Assembly: GCA_963711085.1 (NCBI GenBank)
Contig: CAVQCT010000002.1
Coordinates: 1,746,005-1,810,004 of the forward strand
Direction: 5' to 3'
Source: an uncultured candidate division Zixibacteria bacterium
Lineage (GTDB): Bacteria > Zixibacteria > MSB-5A5 > GN15 > FEB-12
Length of the DNA stretch: 64,000 nt
The notes under the pieces are model-generated. The model saw only the letters and a program-made list of their open reading frames with translations, was not told where the DNA came from and ran no database searches. Shown piece by piece: positions 47,350-56,491 of the stretch; the first letter of the stretch is position 1, and every line of letters begins with the position of its first letter. The position numbers and the translations under genes were made by a program.

Positions 47350-47364
47350 GCAGAGCCCGTGCCA
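47350..47364 (-). promoter_or_regulatory. Sigma54 (-24/-12) promoter upstream of flgF
   Basis: Minus strand TGGCAC-GGGCT-CTGC. The GG and GC dinucleotides are at the canonical spacing, about 24 nt before the flgF ATG. Confidence 0.55.
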
Positions 47365-47509
47365 AGCTTAATCCATTGCGATAACCGTTTATTGTACAGT
47401 CGGTTACTTATGTTGACTTCGGGGTCTCAGGCTTGGAAATCGGAAGTCATGACTTGATGTGAAGGGAAAAATTTTCCGCTGAAGGCTGCCGGGAGATGAA
47501 TCGGAGAGG

Positions 47510-47782
47510 CTATTTGGCTAAGTCTTGATATTTGGCGATCGTCTTGTTGATGAGCCTGTTCATCGACACGTTAAAGGAGTCTTCATCGAGCTGCTCACCA
47601 TTGGATTTCCGATAGAGGGCACAGTCGGTTTTGTATCCAAAGCACTTCAATTCTTCGGCAAGAAAGCAGACTTTGAGATAGGCGCAGCGTTCGGCCTTCT
47701 TGATCAGATCCGGTTTGTTGTTCATATCGTGAATATCGACGGGATTGGAGGAAACCTTAGAACGATGTTGGGTAACCCGCAA
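47510..47782 (-). CDS. Hypothetical small Cys-rich protein (CX5C...CX6C)
   Basis: 90-aa ORF with a TTG start (alternative ATG at 47725 gives MNNKPDL). CAYLKVC and CFGYKTDC. No family recognised. Confidence 0.35.
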   Translation of the reverse strand: MRVTQHRSKVSSNPVDIHDMNNKPDLIKKAERCAYLKVCFLAEELKCFGYKTDCALYRKSNGEQLDEDSFNVSMNRLINKTIAKYQDLAK

Positions 47783-48020
47783 ACAACTCTACCTTCACAC
47801 TAATTTAGGAAGCAGCTTGCATAGGTCTCGGGGTCGGCGAAAAACGAGTTGCAAAAATCAACCTTCTCCCCTATATTTACATCGTTCAAGCCGTTTAGAA
47901 TTCAAGTACTTACAAACAGATACGGACCAGCTATACAGCATTTTATCGATAACGAAATTACCTTCACCAGACTGCACCGATTTTGCTTTGAGTAGCGCGT
48001 GTAAGAAAAGAGGATAGTAT

Positions 48021-48788
48021 ATGCATGTGCAAACGAGGAAATTCGTTATCGGATTTGTTTTTGCCCTTATCCTGGCGGCGGTATGCTCCACTCCGGCAGC
48101 AGCCCAGGATCCGGGCATAAGAGACACTGTGTATGTGGACTCGGTCGGAGCCACTTCGTTCAACGGAGTCTCCATTCCGATCTATGTCTACAACGATGAA
48201 CCGCTCGCTGGCCTTGAAGTGACGCTCAGTTATGATTCCCCCGATGTCATGATAGACTCTTTCTCTTTCGTGGGAGGGAAAGTCGCAGGAGTACCCAACA
48301 AAGGATTTCAGCAGCTCACCGCAACATCCATTGACATCTACTGCGTGCCAATCGGCGTTGATCCAATCCCCACCGGTTCCGACTATTTGGGGAGCCTCTA
48401 CCTATCGTTCATACCGGGCCTTTCCCCTCAAGTCGTCAAAATCGACAGCATCACTCTCCTGGTAGGAGGAAGAACACTTTCGACTTCGTTTTCGACTGAA
48501 TTGAACACGTATTTTACGCCAAGTTTCGTGCCCGGTTATGTGGATATCAAGCTGGGATCCTGTTGTCTGGGGGACCGCGGGAATATCGACAACAGCCCCG
48601 ATGACGTCGCCGATATCACCGATCTGATCTATCTGGTTGATTACATGTTTGGTGGTGGCCCCGGGCCGGTCTGCGAGGAAGAAGCGAACGTGGATGGAAG
48701 CGTGGATGGCGTGGTTGATATATCGGACGTGATCTATTTCGTCGATTGGATGTTTGGCAGCGGTCCGCCTCCCCCCTCCTGCCCATAG
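48021..48788 (+). CDS. Secreted cohesin-like + dockerin-like protein (only plus-strand gene)
   Basis: 255 aa. AAGAGGA SD, signal peptide ...STPAAAQ, beta-rich domain (IPIYVYNDEPLAGLEVTLSYDSPDV). Two Ca-binding dockerin-type repeats: GNIDNSPDDVADITDLIYLVDYMF and ANVDGSVDGVVDISDVIYFVDWMF. Confidence 0.7.
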   Translation: MHVQTRKFVIGFVFALILAAVCSTPAAAQDPGIRDTVYVDSVGATSFNGVSIPIYVYNDEPLAGLEVTLSYDSPDVMIDSFSFVGGKVAGVPNKGFQQLTATSIDIYCVPIGVDPIPTGSDYLGSLYLSFIPGLSPQVVKIDSITLLVGGRTLSTSFSTELNTYFTPSFVPGYVDIKLGSCCLGDRGNIDNSPDDVADITDLIYLVDYMFGGGPGPVCEEEANVDGSVDGVVDISDVIYFVDWMFGSGPPPPSCP

Positions 48789-48812
48789 ACTGAATTCTCA
48801 ACGAGTTCTTTA

Positions 48813-49262
48813 TCAGCCTTTTCTTTTGTAGCGGAAAGTGGTGATAGCGATTTCATCACTTTCTTTCGCTGCTGCCTTTTCGAATTCTTTCATGAAGCGG
48901 TCGCGCTGCCGTTCTTTCAGCTTCTCGTACTTTTTTCGCTCCCGTGCAGCTTCAAGCAGTTGTTTTCGCTTCGCCTCTTCGTCTTTCCTGAGCACCTTCA
49001 GCATCTCCTGTCCCACCAGCGTTTCGCGTTTAAGCTTCTGAAGGTATCGTGAGACCACCAGCATTTCGGCGACTGAAAAAGGCCGCAGGGAACGGGCTCG
49101 CTGATCGTCCATCGTGGCCAGCCGATGCTGATCTATCTGGGTGAGTTCTTTGCTCTGATCGAGTACTTTCTGCGTGGAGATGGCGAGTTGTTTCTGCCGT
49201 TCCCGCTCGATATGTTCCCTGACCTTGAGCAGGGCCTCAAGTCTGTAACGAAAATTCTTCAT
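48813..49262 (-). CDS. fliJ: Flagellar export stalk protein FliJ
   Basis: 149 aa, coiled coil. FRYRLEALLKVREHIERERQKQL. Confidence 0.8.
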   Translation of the reverse strand: MKNFRYRLEALLKVREHIERERQKQLAISTQKVLDQSKELTQIDQHRLATMDDQRARSLRPFSVAEMLVVSRYLQKLKRETLVGQEMLKVLRKDEEAKRKQLLEAARERKKYEKLKERQRDRFMKEFEKAAAKESDEIAITTFRYKRKG

Positions 49263-49269
49263 CGTTCAG

Positions 49270-50586
49270 TCAGTCCTGAAGAATCGCGCTCAACTGTTGG
49301 TAAGATTCGTCGTGATCGACCAGCTCGAATATCCCCTGTTTAAAGAAGTCATTCAGGCGGTCCATTTTGGAGATGGCCAGATCTATCTTCGGGTTCGATC
49401 CTTTGACGTAGGCCCCTATGTTGATGAGGTCCTCAGCTTCACGATACACCGACATCAACTCTCTCACCTGACCGGCAACTTTGATTTCCTGCTCGGTGGA
49501 GACATCTTTCATCAGGCGGCTTATCGATTCGAGGATGTCGACTGCCGGATACTGATTTCTCGAAGCCAGTCGGCGCGAGAGCGCCACGTGACCGTCGATA
49601 ATCGAGCGGACAGCGTCGCTTACCGGTTCGTTGAAATCGTCCCCTTCGACCAGGACCGTATACAGTCCGGTGATCGATCCATGCTCTTTCTGTCCGGCTC
49701 GTTCGAGGAGCTGCGGAAGCAGCGCGAAGACGGAAGGAGTATATCCCTTGGTCGTGGGTGGCTCACCGATAGCGATACCGATTTCACGCTGGGCCATGGC
49801 GATTCGTGTCAGTGAATCCATAAGCAACAAGACGTCTTTTCCCTGATCCCGGAAATATTCGGCTATGGCGGTGGCAACGAATGCCCCTTTGATTCGAATA
49901 AGCGCAGGTTGATCCGAGGTTACGGCGACCACGACAGTATTCTTCATTCCTTCTTTGCCGAGGTCGTTCTCGATAAATTCGCGTACTTCGCGTCCGCGTT
50001 CGCCGACGAGCGCGACGACATTGACCTCGGCCGAGGTCCCCCGGGCCATCATGCCGAGCATGACTGATTTGCCAACTCCGGAGCCGGCAAATACGCCCAT
50101 GCGCTGACCTTTGCCCACCGCGTTCATCAGGTCGATGGCCTTGATTCCGGTGCGGAGAGGCTCGGTGATACGGCGACGTTTGAGCGCCGGGATCGGCTCA
50201 GAGTGAATGGAGCGAGTGGTAACCGCCTTAAGCATCCCCTTGCCGTCGATAGGCTGTCCGAGACCTCCAACCACTCTACCGATTAGCTCGTTACCCACAG
50301 GGATACGGAGCTGCTCGGAAGTCGAGGTAACGATGGCTCCGGGAGTGATTCCGGTGATCGGTCCCAGCGGCATGAGCAACAGACGATTATCCCTGAAGCC
50401 GACTACTTCGGCCGGGATTCGCGCACCGTTGTCACGGTTCTCGATCGAGCAGATTCGTCCGATTGAAATGGCCGGTCCTGCGGATTCGATCACCAGACCG
50501 ACGACCTGGGTGACTTTCCCGAAATGTCTGACGGTGCGGGCAGTTGCTATCCGGTCAGCATATGTTTCGTACGGTATGAAGCTCAC
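49270..50586 (-). CDS. fliI: Flagellum-specific ATPase FliI
   Basis: 438 aa. Walker A GVFAGSGVGKS, Walker B DVLLLMDSLTR. Confidence 0.95.
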   Translation of the reverse strand: MSFIPYETYADRIATARTVRHFGKVTQVVGLVIESAGPAISIGRICSIENRDNGARIPAEVVGFRDNRLLLMPLGPITGITPGAIVTSTSEQLRIPVGNELIGRVVGGLGQPIDGKGMLKAVTTRSIHSEPIPALKRRRITEPLRTGIKAIDLMNAVGKGQRMGVFAGSGVGKSVMLGMMARGTSAEVNVVALVGERGREVREFIENDLGKEGMKNTVVVAVTSDQPALIRIKGAFVATAIAEYFRDQGKDVLLLMDSLTRIAMAQREIGIAIGEPPTTKGYTPSVFALLPQLLERAGQKEHGSITGLYTVLVEGDDFNEPVSDAVRSIIDGHVALSRRLASRNQYPAVDILESISRLMKDVSTEQEIKVAGQVRELMSVYREAEDLINIGAYVKGSNPKIDLAISKMDRLNDFFKQGIFELVDHDESYQQLSAILQD

Positions 50587-51284
50587 ACCTGTTCATCCCC
50601 ACGTTTCAGCACTTCGTCGATCACTTCGAACTGCGACTCCAATCGGGCGTCAATATCCCCGGTCGGCGTTTCGATGAAACAACCTCCGTAGTTGACACGA
50701 GGGTCCGGCTCTACGGTAATCTCTTTGATCGAGGTTGAGCCTTTGAGGAATCGGTTGATATTTTGTTCCACTATGGGCAGATGATTGGGATTGACTTTGA
50801 TTTTCAGCCGGGAGCGATCGATGAGTGTATTGATAACCCCGTTGATTATCTCCAGGGTCACGTCCGGGTCGATTTCGACCGCTCCGAACGTCACCTTGCG
50901 ACTGATTTGCGTGACCAGATCAAGTACCTGATCGCGCGATTCATTGAAGAGCGCTTCTCGCTGCTCAATTGTATCTCTGATCGCCCTGTCGAATTCTTTG
51001 AGGATCTTGGAAGCTTCTTCCGCCCCTTTGTGCAGACCGGCTTCGTGCCCTTGCCGATATCCCTCTTCGCGAGCCTTCTTGACCTCCTCACGGACCAGGT
51101 GATCGATCTTGAAGATTTCCTGAATGGGTATCAACCGGGAACCGTTGGCATCGGTCGCCACCGCGACAATCGGGAACAGCTGAGCCAACCGCTCTTCCGC
51201 CCTCGCTTCGATCGTCGAATCGAGCTGACGCTCGCCGATAAAGACGCTCGGCGCTTCGGTAGTATAGCGAATAAGTTTAGACAA
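50583..51284 (-). CDS. fliH: Flagellar export ATPase regulator FliH
   Basis: Probable TTG start at 51284 (AGAGGA SD 5 nt upstream), overlapping the fliG stop. The track start at 51383 would overlap 35 fliG codons. C-terminal GGCFIETPTGDIDARLESQ. Confidence 0.75.
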   Translation of the reverse strand: MSKLIRYTTEAPSVFIGERQLDSTIEARAEERLAQLFPIVAVATDANGSRLIPIQEIFKIDHLVREEVKKAREEGYRQGHEAGLHKGAEEASKILKEFDRAIRDTIEQREALFNESRDQVLDLVTQISRKVTFGAVEIDPDVTLEIINGVINTLIDRSRLKIKVNPNHLPIVEQNINRFLKGSTSIKEITVEPDPRVNYGGCFIETPTGDIDARLESQFEVIDEVLKRGDEQV

Positions 51285-52290
51285 TGATTTCCTCTTTGCC
51301 GCCGCGGCCGGAAATGATGATCTGGCCTTCTTCTTCGAGTCCGCGCACGACTTCGACAATTCTCGACTGCGCAGCTTCGACATCGGACAGCCTCGTCGGT
51401 CCCATAAATTCCATTTCTTCTTTGATCATGACGGCCACGCGTTCCGACACATTGGAGAAGATCTTGTTGCGGACTTCGTCGGTAGTCGCCTTGAGGGCAA
51501 TCGCGATATCCTTGGTTTCCACCTCTTTGAGCAGACGCTGGATGGAGCGGTCATCGAGCAGGATGATATCGTCAAAGACGAACATCATATTCTTGATTTC
51601 CGCCGCCAGATCCGGGTCTTCGGCTTCAAGCGACTGGAGAATATTCTTCTCAGCGGTAGCGTCGATGAGGTTCAGAATCTCGGCGATAGCTTTGGCGCCA
51701 CCGGAGGCCGACATTTCGCCGCCGGCGGTCTGTTCAAAATGCCCTTCGAGAGTCTGTTCGATCTCCTTCAGAATCTCAGGCGCGATTTTCTCCATTAGGG
51801 CGATACGAAGAGAGACTTCGGCCTGAAGTTCCGGTGAGAGTTCTGAAAGCACACCGGCTGCATGCTGCGGGTTCAACTGAGTCAGAATAAGCGAGATCGT
51901 TTGCGGGTGTTCATTTTGAAGGAACCCGGTGAGCTGTTTTGGATCGATATCTTTCAACAGAGAGAAGCCGCGGGACTTAATCGAGGACTCGAGGCGATGG
52001 AGGATTTCCTTAGCCTTGTGACTGCCCACCGCTTTTTCCAGAATGGTCTGTGCGAAATCAATGCCGCCCTGTGAGATGTATTGCCGGGCCATGAAGATCT
52101 GGTGACACTCTTCGATCACCTTCTCTTCGATCTCCGGAGGAACGTCGCGGAGGTTCGCGATCTCGACCGTGATTGACTCGAGATCCTGCTCTTTCATTCC
52201 TTTGAGAACGAGAGCTGAGACTTCAGGGCCGAAGGCTACCAGGGCAACGGCTGCCTTTTGAATCGGACTCAACTTTGCAAAATCAAGCAT
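51277..52290 (-). CDS. fliG: Flagellar rotor/switch protein FliG
   Basis: 337 aa. QKAAVALVAFGPEVSA, MFVFDDI, RVAVMIKEEMEFMGP. Confidence 0.95.
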   Translation of the reverse strand: MLDFAKLSPIQKAAVALVAFGPEVSALVLKGMKEQDLESITVEIANLRDVPPEIEEKVIEECHQIFMARQYISQGGIDFAQTILEKAVGSHKAKEILHRLESSIKSRGFSLLKDIDPKQLTGFLQNEHPQTISLILTQLNPQHAAGVLSELSPELQAEVSLRIALMEKIAPEILKEIEQTLEGHFEQTAGGEMSASGGAKAIAEILNLIDATAEKNILQSLEAEDPDLAAEIKNMMFVFDDIILLDDRSIQRLLKEVETKDIAIALKATTDEVRNKIFSNVSERVAVMIKEEMEFMGPTRLSDVEAAQSRIVEVVRGLEEEGQIIISGRGGKEEIIV

Positions 52291-52297
52291 CGCGCAC

Positions 52298-53857
52298 CTA
52301 CTCGATCATCATGGTTTTAATTACGCGGGCGATCTCTTCAGGCTGCTCTTTGGCCGCCTGCTGCATCTTATCGACAAGTCTCGGCTTCCGTTTCTCCGCG
52401 ACCACCGGCATCTCCTCTTCCGGCTGGATCGGAGCCTGCATCGGAGTCGGGGCCTGCACCACAATCGGTCTTGGCGGAGGCGCGAGTCTGGAAAGGGCAC
52501 GGAACAGCTTCTTGGATTTACGTTTGAACCAGAGGAAAGCAAACAGGATCAGCACGCCCAGGCCGACCTTCTTGCCTACCTCCCAGTAGAAGTCTTCTTT
52601 GTACATATTATCGAGATAGTTCTGGTCGTCCTCCAGATGATCCCGATCGAACGGCATATTGACCATTTCGATCTGATCGTTCCGCTGCTGGTCGAACCCG
52701 ACCGCATTCTTCACGATTGCGGAAAGGCGATCCAGTTCCTCCTGAGAGCGCGGCTGGTAGACCGGAGCAGCGTTGGCCTCACCACCTTCGGCCGGGACAT
52801 ACTTGCCGTCGACCATCACCGCAATCGAGAGGCGGTCGATATTACCGACGGAGTTTATAATATGCTCAACCGTCTTGTTGAGTTCGTAATTAGTGACCGT
52901 CGATTCATTGCTTTCATCGTTCTTGTTTTCAGCGCTGTCGGCAGACTTATCCGAAGTTGTCGTGCTACTTTTGGTATGCTCCTCGCTTCGGACCGACGGC
53001 TGGTTCGGATCGTATTGCTCGGAAGTCTTTTCGATTTGCTGGAAATTCAGATCGGCGGTGACCCGAATTACCGACTTGCCGGCTCCAAGCACGCCGTCCA
53101 TCATAGATTGAGCTTTATCCTGCAGATATTGCTCGACCTGTTTGCGAACTTCGAGCTGCGATGAGGACAGCCCGGCGAGCGGATCGGATTCGGTATTGGA
53201 AGAGAGAAGGTTTCCGTCATAATCGATAATTGAGATATTGCTCGGTTTGAGTCCTTCGACTGACGAGGCCACCAGGTGCGTAATTCCCTGAATCTGCTGT
53301 TTGTTGATACCGGTTGATCCCTTGAATTTCAGGACGACCGAAGCAGTCGCTTCCTGCTGGTCCTTCTTGAACAGACGGTCTTTCGGCATCACGATATGTA
53401 CTCGGGCTGCCTTGATCTCGTTGAGCTGCATAATCGTCTTGGTCAACTCGCCTTCGAGCGCCCGGCGGTAGTTCAAATTCTGGAGGAAGTCGGTCATGCC
53501 GAGATTGTTCTTGTCGAATATGGCATAGCCGATATTCCCGGAACTGGGCAGCCCCTTGGAAGCGAGCGCAATGCGCATCTTGTAGACGTCGCCGGTCGGA
53601 ACTTCGATTGTCCGGCCACCGGCCGCCAGTTGGTAGGGGATATTCTGGTCACCGAGATACGACGTGATCTCCCCCGCTTCCGATTCATCGAGATCGGTAT
53701 AAAGCGGAGCATAGGTCACGCTGTGGAGCCAGCCCACCAGGAAGATGATACCGACAACCGAGCCGGCCACAACACCGAGAAGCATCATGACCTGGCTCGG
53801 GGTCATTCTGCTCACGTAATCCATCAGATTCTTGAAATATTCCTTAATCGCATCCAT
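52298..53857 (-). CDS. fliF: Flagellar MS-ring protein FliF
   Basis: 519 aa. N-terminal TM, LASKGLPSSG, ARVHIVMP, second TM near the C-terminus. Confidence 0.95.
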   Translation of the reverse strand: MDAIKEYFKNLMDYVSRMTPSQVMMLLGVVAGSVVGIIFLVGWLHSVTYAPLYTDLDESEAGEITSYLGDQNIPYQLAAGGRTIEVPTGDVYKMRIALASKGLPSSGNIGYAIFDKNNLGMTDFLQNLNYRRALEGELTKTIMQLNEIKAARVHIVMPKDRLFKKDQQEATASVVLKFKGSTGINKQQIQGITHLVASSVEGLKPSNISIIDYDGNLLSSNTESDPLAGLSSSQLEVRKQVEQYLQDKAQSMMDGVLGAGKSVIRVTADLNFQQIEKTSEQYDPNQPSVRSEEHTKSSTTTSDKSADSAENKNDESNESTVTNYELNKTVEHIINSVGNIDRLSIAVMVDGKYVPAEGGEANAAPVYQPRSQEELDRLSAIVKNAVGFDQQRNDQIEMVNMPFDRDHLEDDQNYLDNMYKEDFYWEVGKKVGLGVLILFAFLWFKRKSKKLFRALSRLAPPPRPIVVQAPTPMQAPIQPEEEMPVVAEKRKPRLVDKMQQAAKEQPEEIARVIKTMMIE

Positions 53858-53925
53858 CGTAAATCCTATTTATCCTGTCATGAGTTCAGCCATCCATGGC
53901 CGACAGTGCATGAAGAGATCTATAT

Positions 53926-54246
53926 CTATAGTGGCATTTGCATAATTTGCGTATAGGCATTCAGTAGTTTGTTCCTCACTTCGAGCAGGAGATCCATAGC
54001 CAGACCGGCCTCCTGGGCTTTGATCATGACATCGTGAAGCTCCACCGGCTCTCCGTTCATAAACGATTCCTGGATTTTGGCAGCATCCTTTTGCAGGCCA
54101 TCGACCGAATTAAGCATGTTCGTGAAAACTTCGGAGAAGTTTCCCTGCGCCTGCTTGTCTGACCCGCCTGATTCGGCCTGATTCGGGTTGAGTTTTTCGA
54201 TCAGTCCCGGTACGAGCCGATTGATTGTGCCGATGCCGCTGCTCAC
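53926..54246 (-). CDS. fliE: Flagellar hook-basal body protein FliE
   Basis: 106 aa. GEPVELHDVMIKAQEAGLAMDLLLEVRNKLLNAYTQIMQMPL. Confidence 0.85.
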   Translation of the reverse strand: MSSGIGTINRLVPGLIEKLNPNQAESGGSDKQAQGNFSEVFTNMLNSVDGLQKDAAKIQESFMNGEPVELHDVMIKAQEAGLAMDLLLEVRNKLLNAYTQIMQMPL

Positions 54247-54250
54247 GTGG

Positions 54251-54574
54251 TCATACCTTTACATCAATAAGTTTACCGAGTGTACCGGAATCAGCCGCTG
54301 TTTCGTTTTCGGCGTAGCCCGGACCGAACTTTTCGGCGTTCTGGAATCGCGCAAAAATGAGATCCAGGGCATTCTTTTCTTCGGGGGAAAGATACTGCGC
54401 GTAACTTCCACTGCTTGCTTTCACCGCGACTTTCGAAGGCGCCAAATCCTGTGGCTCAATCGACACTGCCTGCGGTTGATTTTGCGAAGCGCTCTCAGAT
54501 GACTTGGTCCTGGCGTTGTCCTCGCGGACGTTGACTTGCTGATACGACTGAATTCCTACCGGATTGATATTCAT
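54251..54574 (-). CDS. Hypothetical 107-aa protein inserted between flgC and fliE (FlgM-like N-terminus)
   Basis: MNINPVGIQSYQQVN resembles the MKINQFGTQS-type FlgM start. The rest is low-complexity, then LSPEEKNALDLIFARF. 4-nt and 17-nt gaps to its neighbours. Confidence 0.45.
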   Translation of the reverse strand: MNINPVGIQSYQQVNVREDNARTKSSESASQNQPQAVSIEPQDLAPSKVAVKASSGSYAQYLSPEEKNALDLIFARFQNAEKFGPGYAENETAADSGTLGKLIDVKV

Positions 54575-54591
54575 CTTATATTCCTTACTCT

Positions 54592-55092
54592 TTATATATC
54601 GAGAGAATCCTGGGCCATTTTCTTGGCGGCCGATATAGCCACCGTGTTAGCTTCGTAGGCGCGAGACGCCGACATCATGTCGACCATCTCGTTGACTACT
54701 TCTATATCGGGGTACTTGACGTATCCATCGGAGTTGGCATCCGGATGTGACGGATCGTACACCAGCTTGTAGCTGCTGTCCGGGTCATCAACTACTTTCC
54801 CTTCGACATCAGGAAGTTTGACCTTCTCGGTCCCCTGCTGGATACGATTGTACATATGTTTGCCGTTCGTCCGGGCAAGGTTCATATCGGCGCCCTTCAG
54901 GTACGATGAGAACGTCCCTTCGGTTGGATCTTCCTTGACCACGACCCGCTCGCGGCGATACGGTCCGCCCTTTTCGGTCTCGGTCGTTTCTGCATTGGCG
55001 ATATTCTTCGCCGTCGTGTTCATTTTCATCCGCTCGATACTCAAACCGCGGGCGGATATGTCGAATGCGCTGAAAATGCCTGCCATTATCAC
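54592..55092 (-). CDS. flgC: Proximal rod protein FlgC
   Basis: 166 aa. FDISARGLSIERMKMNTTAKNIANAETT. C-terminal VVNEMVDMMSASRAYEANT. Confidence 0.9.
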   Translation of the reverse strand: MIMAGIFSAFDISARGLSIERMKMNTTAKNIANAETTETEKGGPYRRERVVVKEDPTEGTFSSYLKGADMNLARTNGKHMYNRIQQGTEKVKLPDVEGKVVDDPDSSYKLVYDPSHPDANSDGYVKYPDIEVVNEMVDMMSASRAYEANTVAISAAKKMAQDSLDI

Positions 55093-55097
55093 AGCTC

Positions 55098-55511
55098 CTA
55101 TTTGCTGGTGATCGCTTTCTTGATAGCGTCGAACTTCAACTGAAGCAGTTTCGCACCGACCGTGAACATCAGTTCGTTCTTGGCCAGATTCGGGATTTCT
55201 TTGTCAATATCCACTGAGTTGAGTTCGTCCACTTTCACTTTGTCCTGATCGACTGTCGGAGGCTTTTCGGGGCTGTTGCCGATCGGAAGATGGTTCGGGT
55301 TGGTTATCATCCCGTCCACATGGTCCGACTGGTTGGTCAGCCGTTTGTACTCGGACTCGAAATCAATTTCCTTCGCCCGGTACCCCGGCGTCGAAGCGTT
55401 CGCGATATTGCCGCTAATCAGCTTGTGCCGGAACGAGGCCAAATCCAGGTACTTCTGGTTTTTTGGCACTCCGGTACCGTCGAACAGGAACTGTGCTATC
55501 TTATTGTTCAT
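55098..55511 (-). CDS. flgB: Proximal rod protein FlgB
   Basis: 137 aa. SGNIANASTPGYRAKEIDFE. Confidence 0.9.
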   Translation of the reverse strand: MNNKIAQFLFDGTGVPKNQKYLDLASFRHKLISGNIANASTPGYRAKEIDFESEYKRLTNQSDHVDGMITNPNHLPIGNSPEKPPTVDQDKVKVDELNSVDIDKEIPNLAKNELMFTVGAKLLQLKFDAIKKAITSK

Positions 55512-55548
55512 ATCATCAGCCAGTTAGAGTTTCTCGTGTTATCGCAAA

Positions 55549-55563
55549 GCAAGGGCTGTGCCA
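55549..55563 (-). promoter_or_regulatory. Sigma54 (-24/-12) promoter upstream of flgB
   Basis: Minus strand TGGCAC-AGCCC-TTGC, an exact match to TGGCAC-N5-TTGC, 38 nt before the flgB ATG. Confidence 0.7.
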
Positions 55564-55682
55564 ACGGGCCAATGCGATAGCTATTGGATTGTATGACAAG
55601 GGATTAGTCAGATACGACAGCCGATTGTCCGGCCCTACACCGAATGTGATCAGGAAAATTTTTCCGAGCAGGCGTGAAGGGA

Positions 55683-56489
55683 TTATTCAGACTGGCTGAA
55701 CTTTTGACTCCGATTGGTCTGAGGCGCGGCGTGCGAACTGTCCGTACTGTCCCCGTTTCCGACGTAGTACAAATCCGAGCCCGGTTCCTTCTCGGAGAGA
55801 TCCATGGTCAGGATCACGATATCCACCCGACGGTTCTTGGCCCGGTTCTCGATCGAGTTGTTGGCGCGGATCGGCCGGTACTCACCGTAACCGAGAGCGG
55901 AGAGCTTATCCGGCGGGAAATTGAACTTGTCGATGAAGTATCGAACTACTTCCGTGGCCCGAGCGGTCGACAACTCCCAGTTTGACGGAAAGAGCGACGT
56001 GTTGATCGGTCGGTCGTCGGTATGCCCCTCGACCCGCACATGATTCGGTATCCCCTTGATCTGTTCATAAACAATGTCGAGCACATCTTTGGCTTTGGGC
56101 TCCAGGGTGGCCGAACCTACTTTGAAGAGAGCCGATTCCATAATGTGCACCACCAGGCCACGCTCGGTAATCTCGGTCTGGACGACATCCTCTCGACCCA
56201 GCTTATTGAATCGTTTCTCGATTTGCTTCTGAATCATGTTCAAATCGCCGAGTTGAAGCAGGCCGTGCCCTTTTTGGCTCTCAGAATTCTGCTTGTTTAT
56301 AACGGTGGTTCCACCCTTGAGAACGCCGTTGAGGGCTTCGGCCATTTTCCCGAATCGCTTGGCATCAACGCGGGACATCGAGTACATAACGATAAAGAAC
56401 GCGAGCAAAAGAGTGATCAGATCAGAGTAGGTAAGCAGCCAGCGCTCGAGATTCTCGTGCTGGTTGTCTTGTTTGCGACGGCGCCGCAT
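55683..56489 (-). CDS. motB: Stator protein MotB
   Basis: 268 aa. WLLTYSDLITLLLAFFIVMY with the plug/Asp region. OmpA-like C-terminal region (NWELSTARA, NRRVDI). Confidence 0.9.
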   Translation of the reverse strand: MRRRRKQDNQHENLERWLLTYSDLITLLLAFFIVMYSMSRVDAKRFGKMAEALNGVLKGGTTVINKQNSESQKGHGLLQLGDLNMIQKQIEKRFNKLGREDVVQTEITERGLVVHIMESALFKVGSATLEPKAKDVLDIVYEQIKGIPNHVRVEGHTDDRPINTSLFPSNWELSTARATEVVRYFIDKFNFPPDKLSALGYGEYRPIRANNSIENRAKNRRVDIVILTMDLSEKEPGSDLYYVGNGDSTDSSHAAPQTNRSQKFSQSE

Positions 56490-56491
56490 AA

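Noticed and set aside
47791-47969. Three ACCTTC(A/T)C(A/C)C copies (47791, 47861, 47960) and the palindrome TTATCGATAA (47943..47952) in the divergent intergenic region.
   Set aside because: The motifs are short with irregular spacing (70 and 99 nt), and the palindrome does not align with any promoter consensus I know. They may be operator sites, but the support is insufficient.
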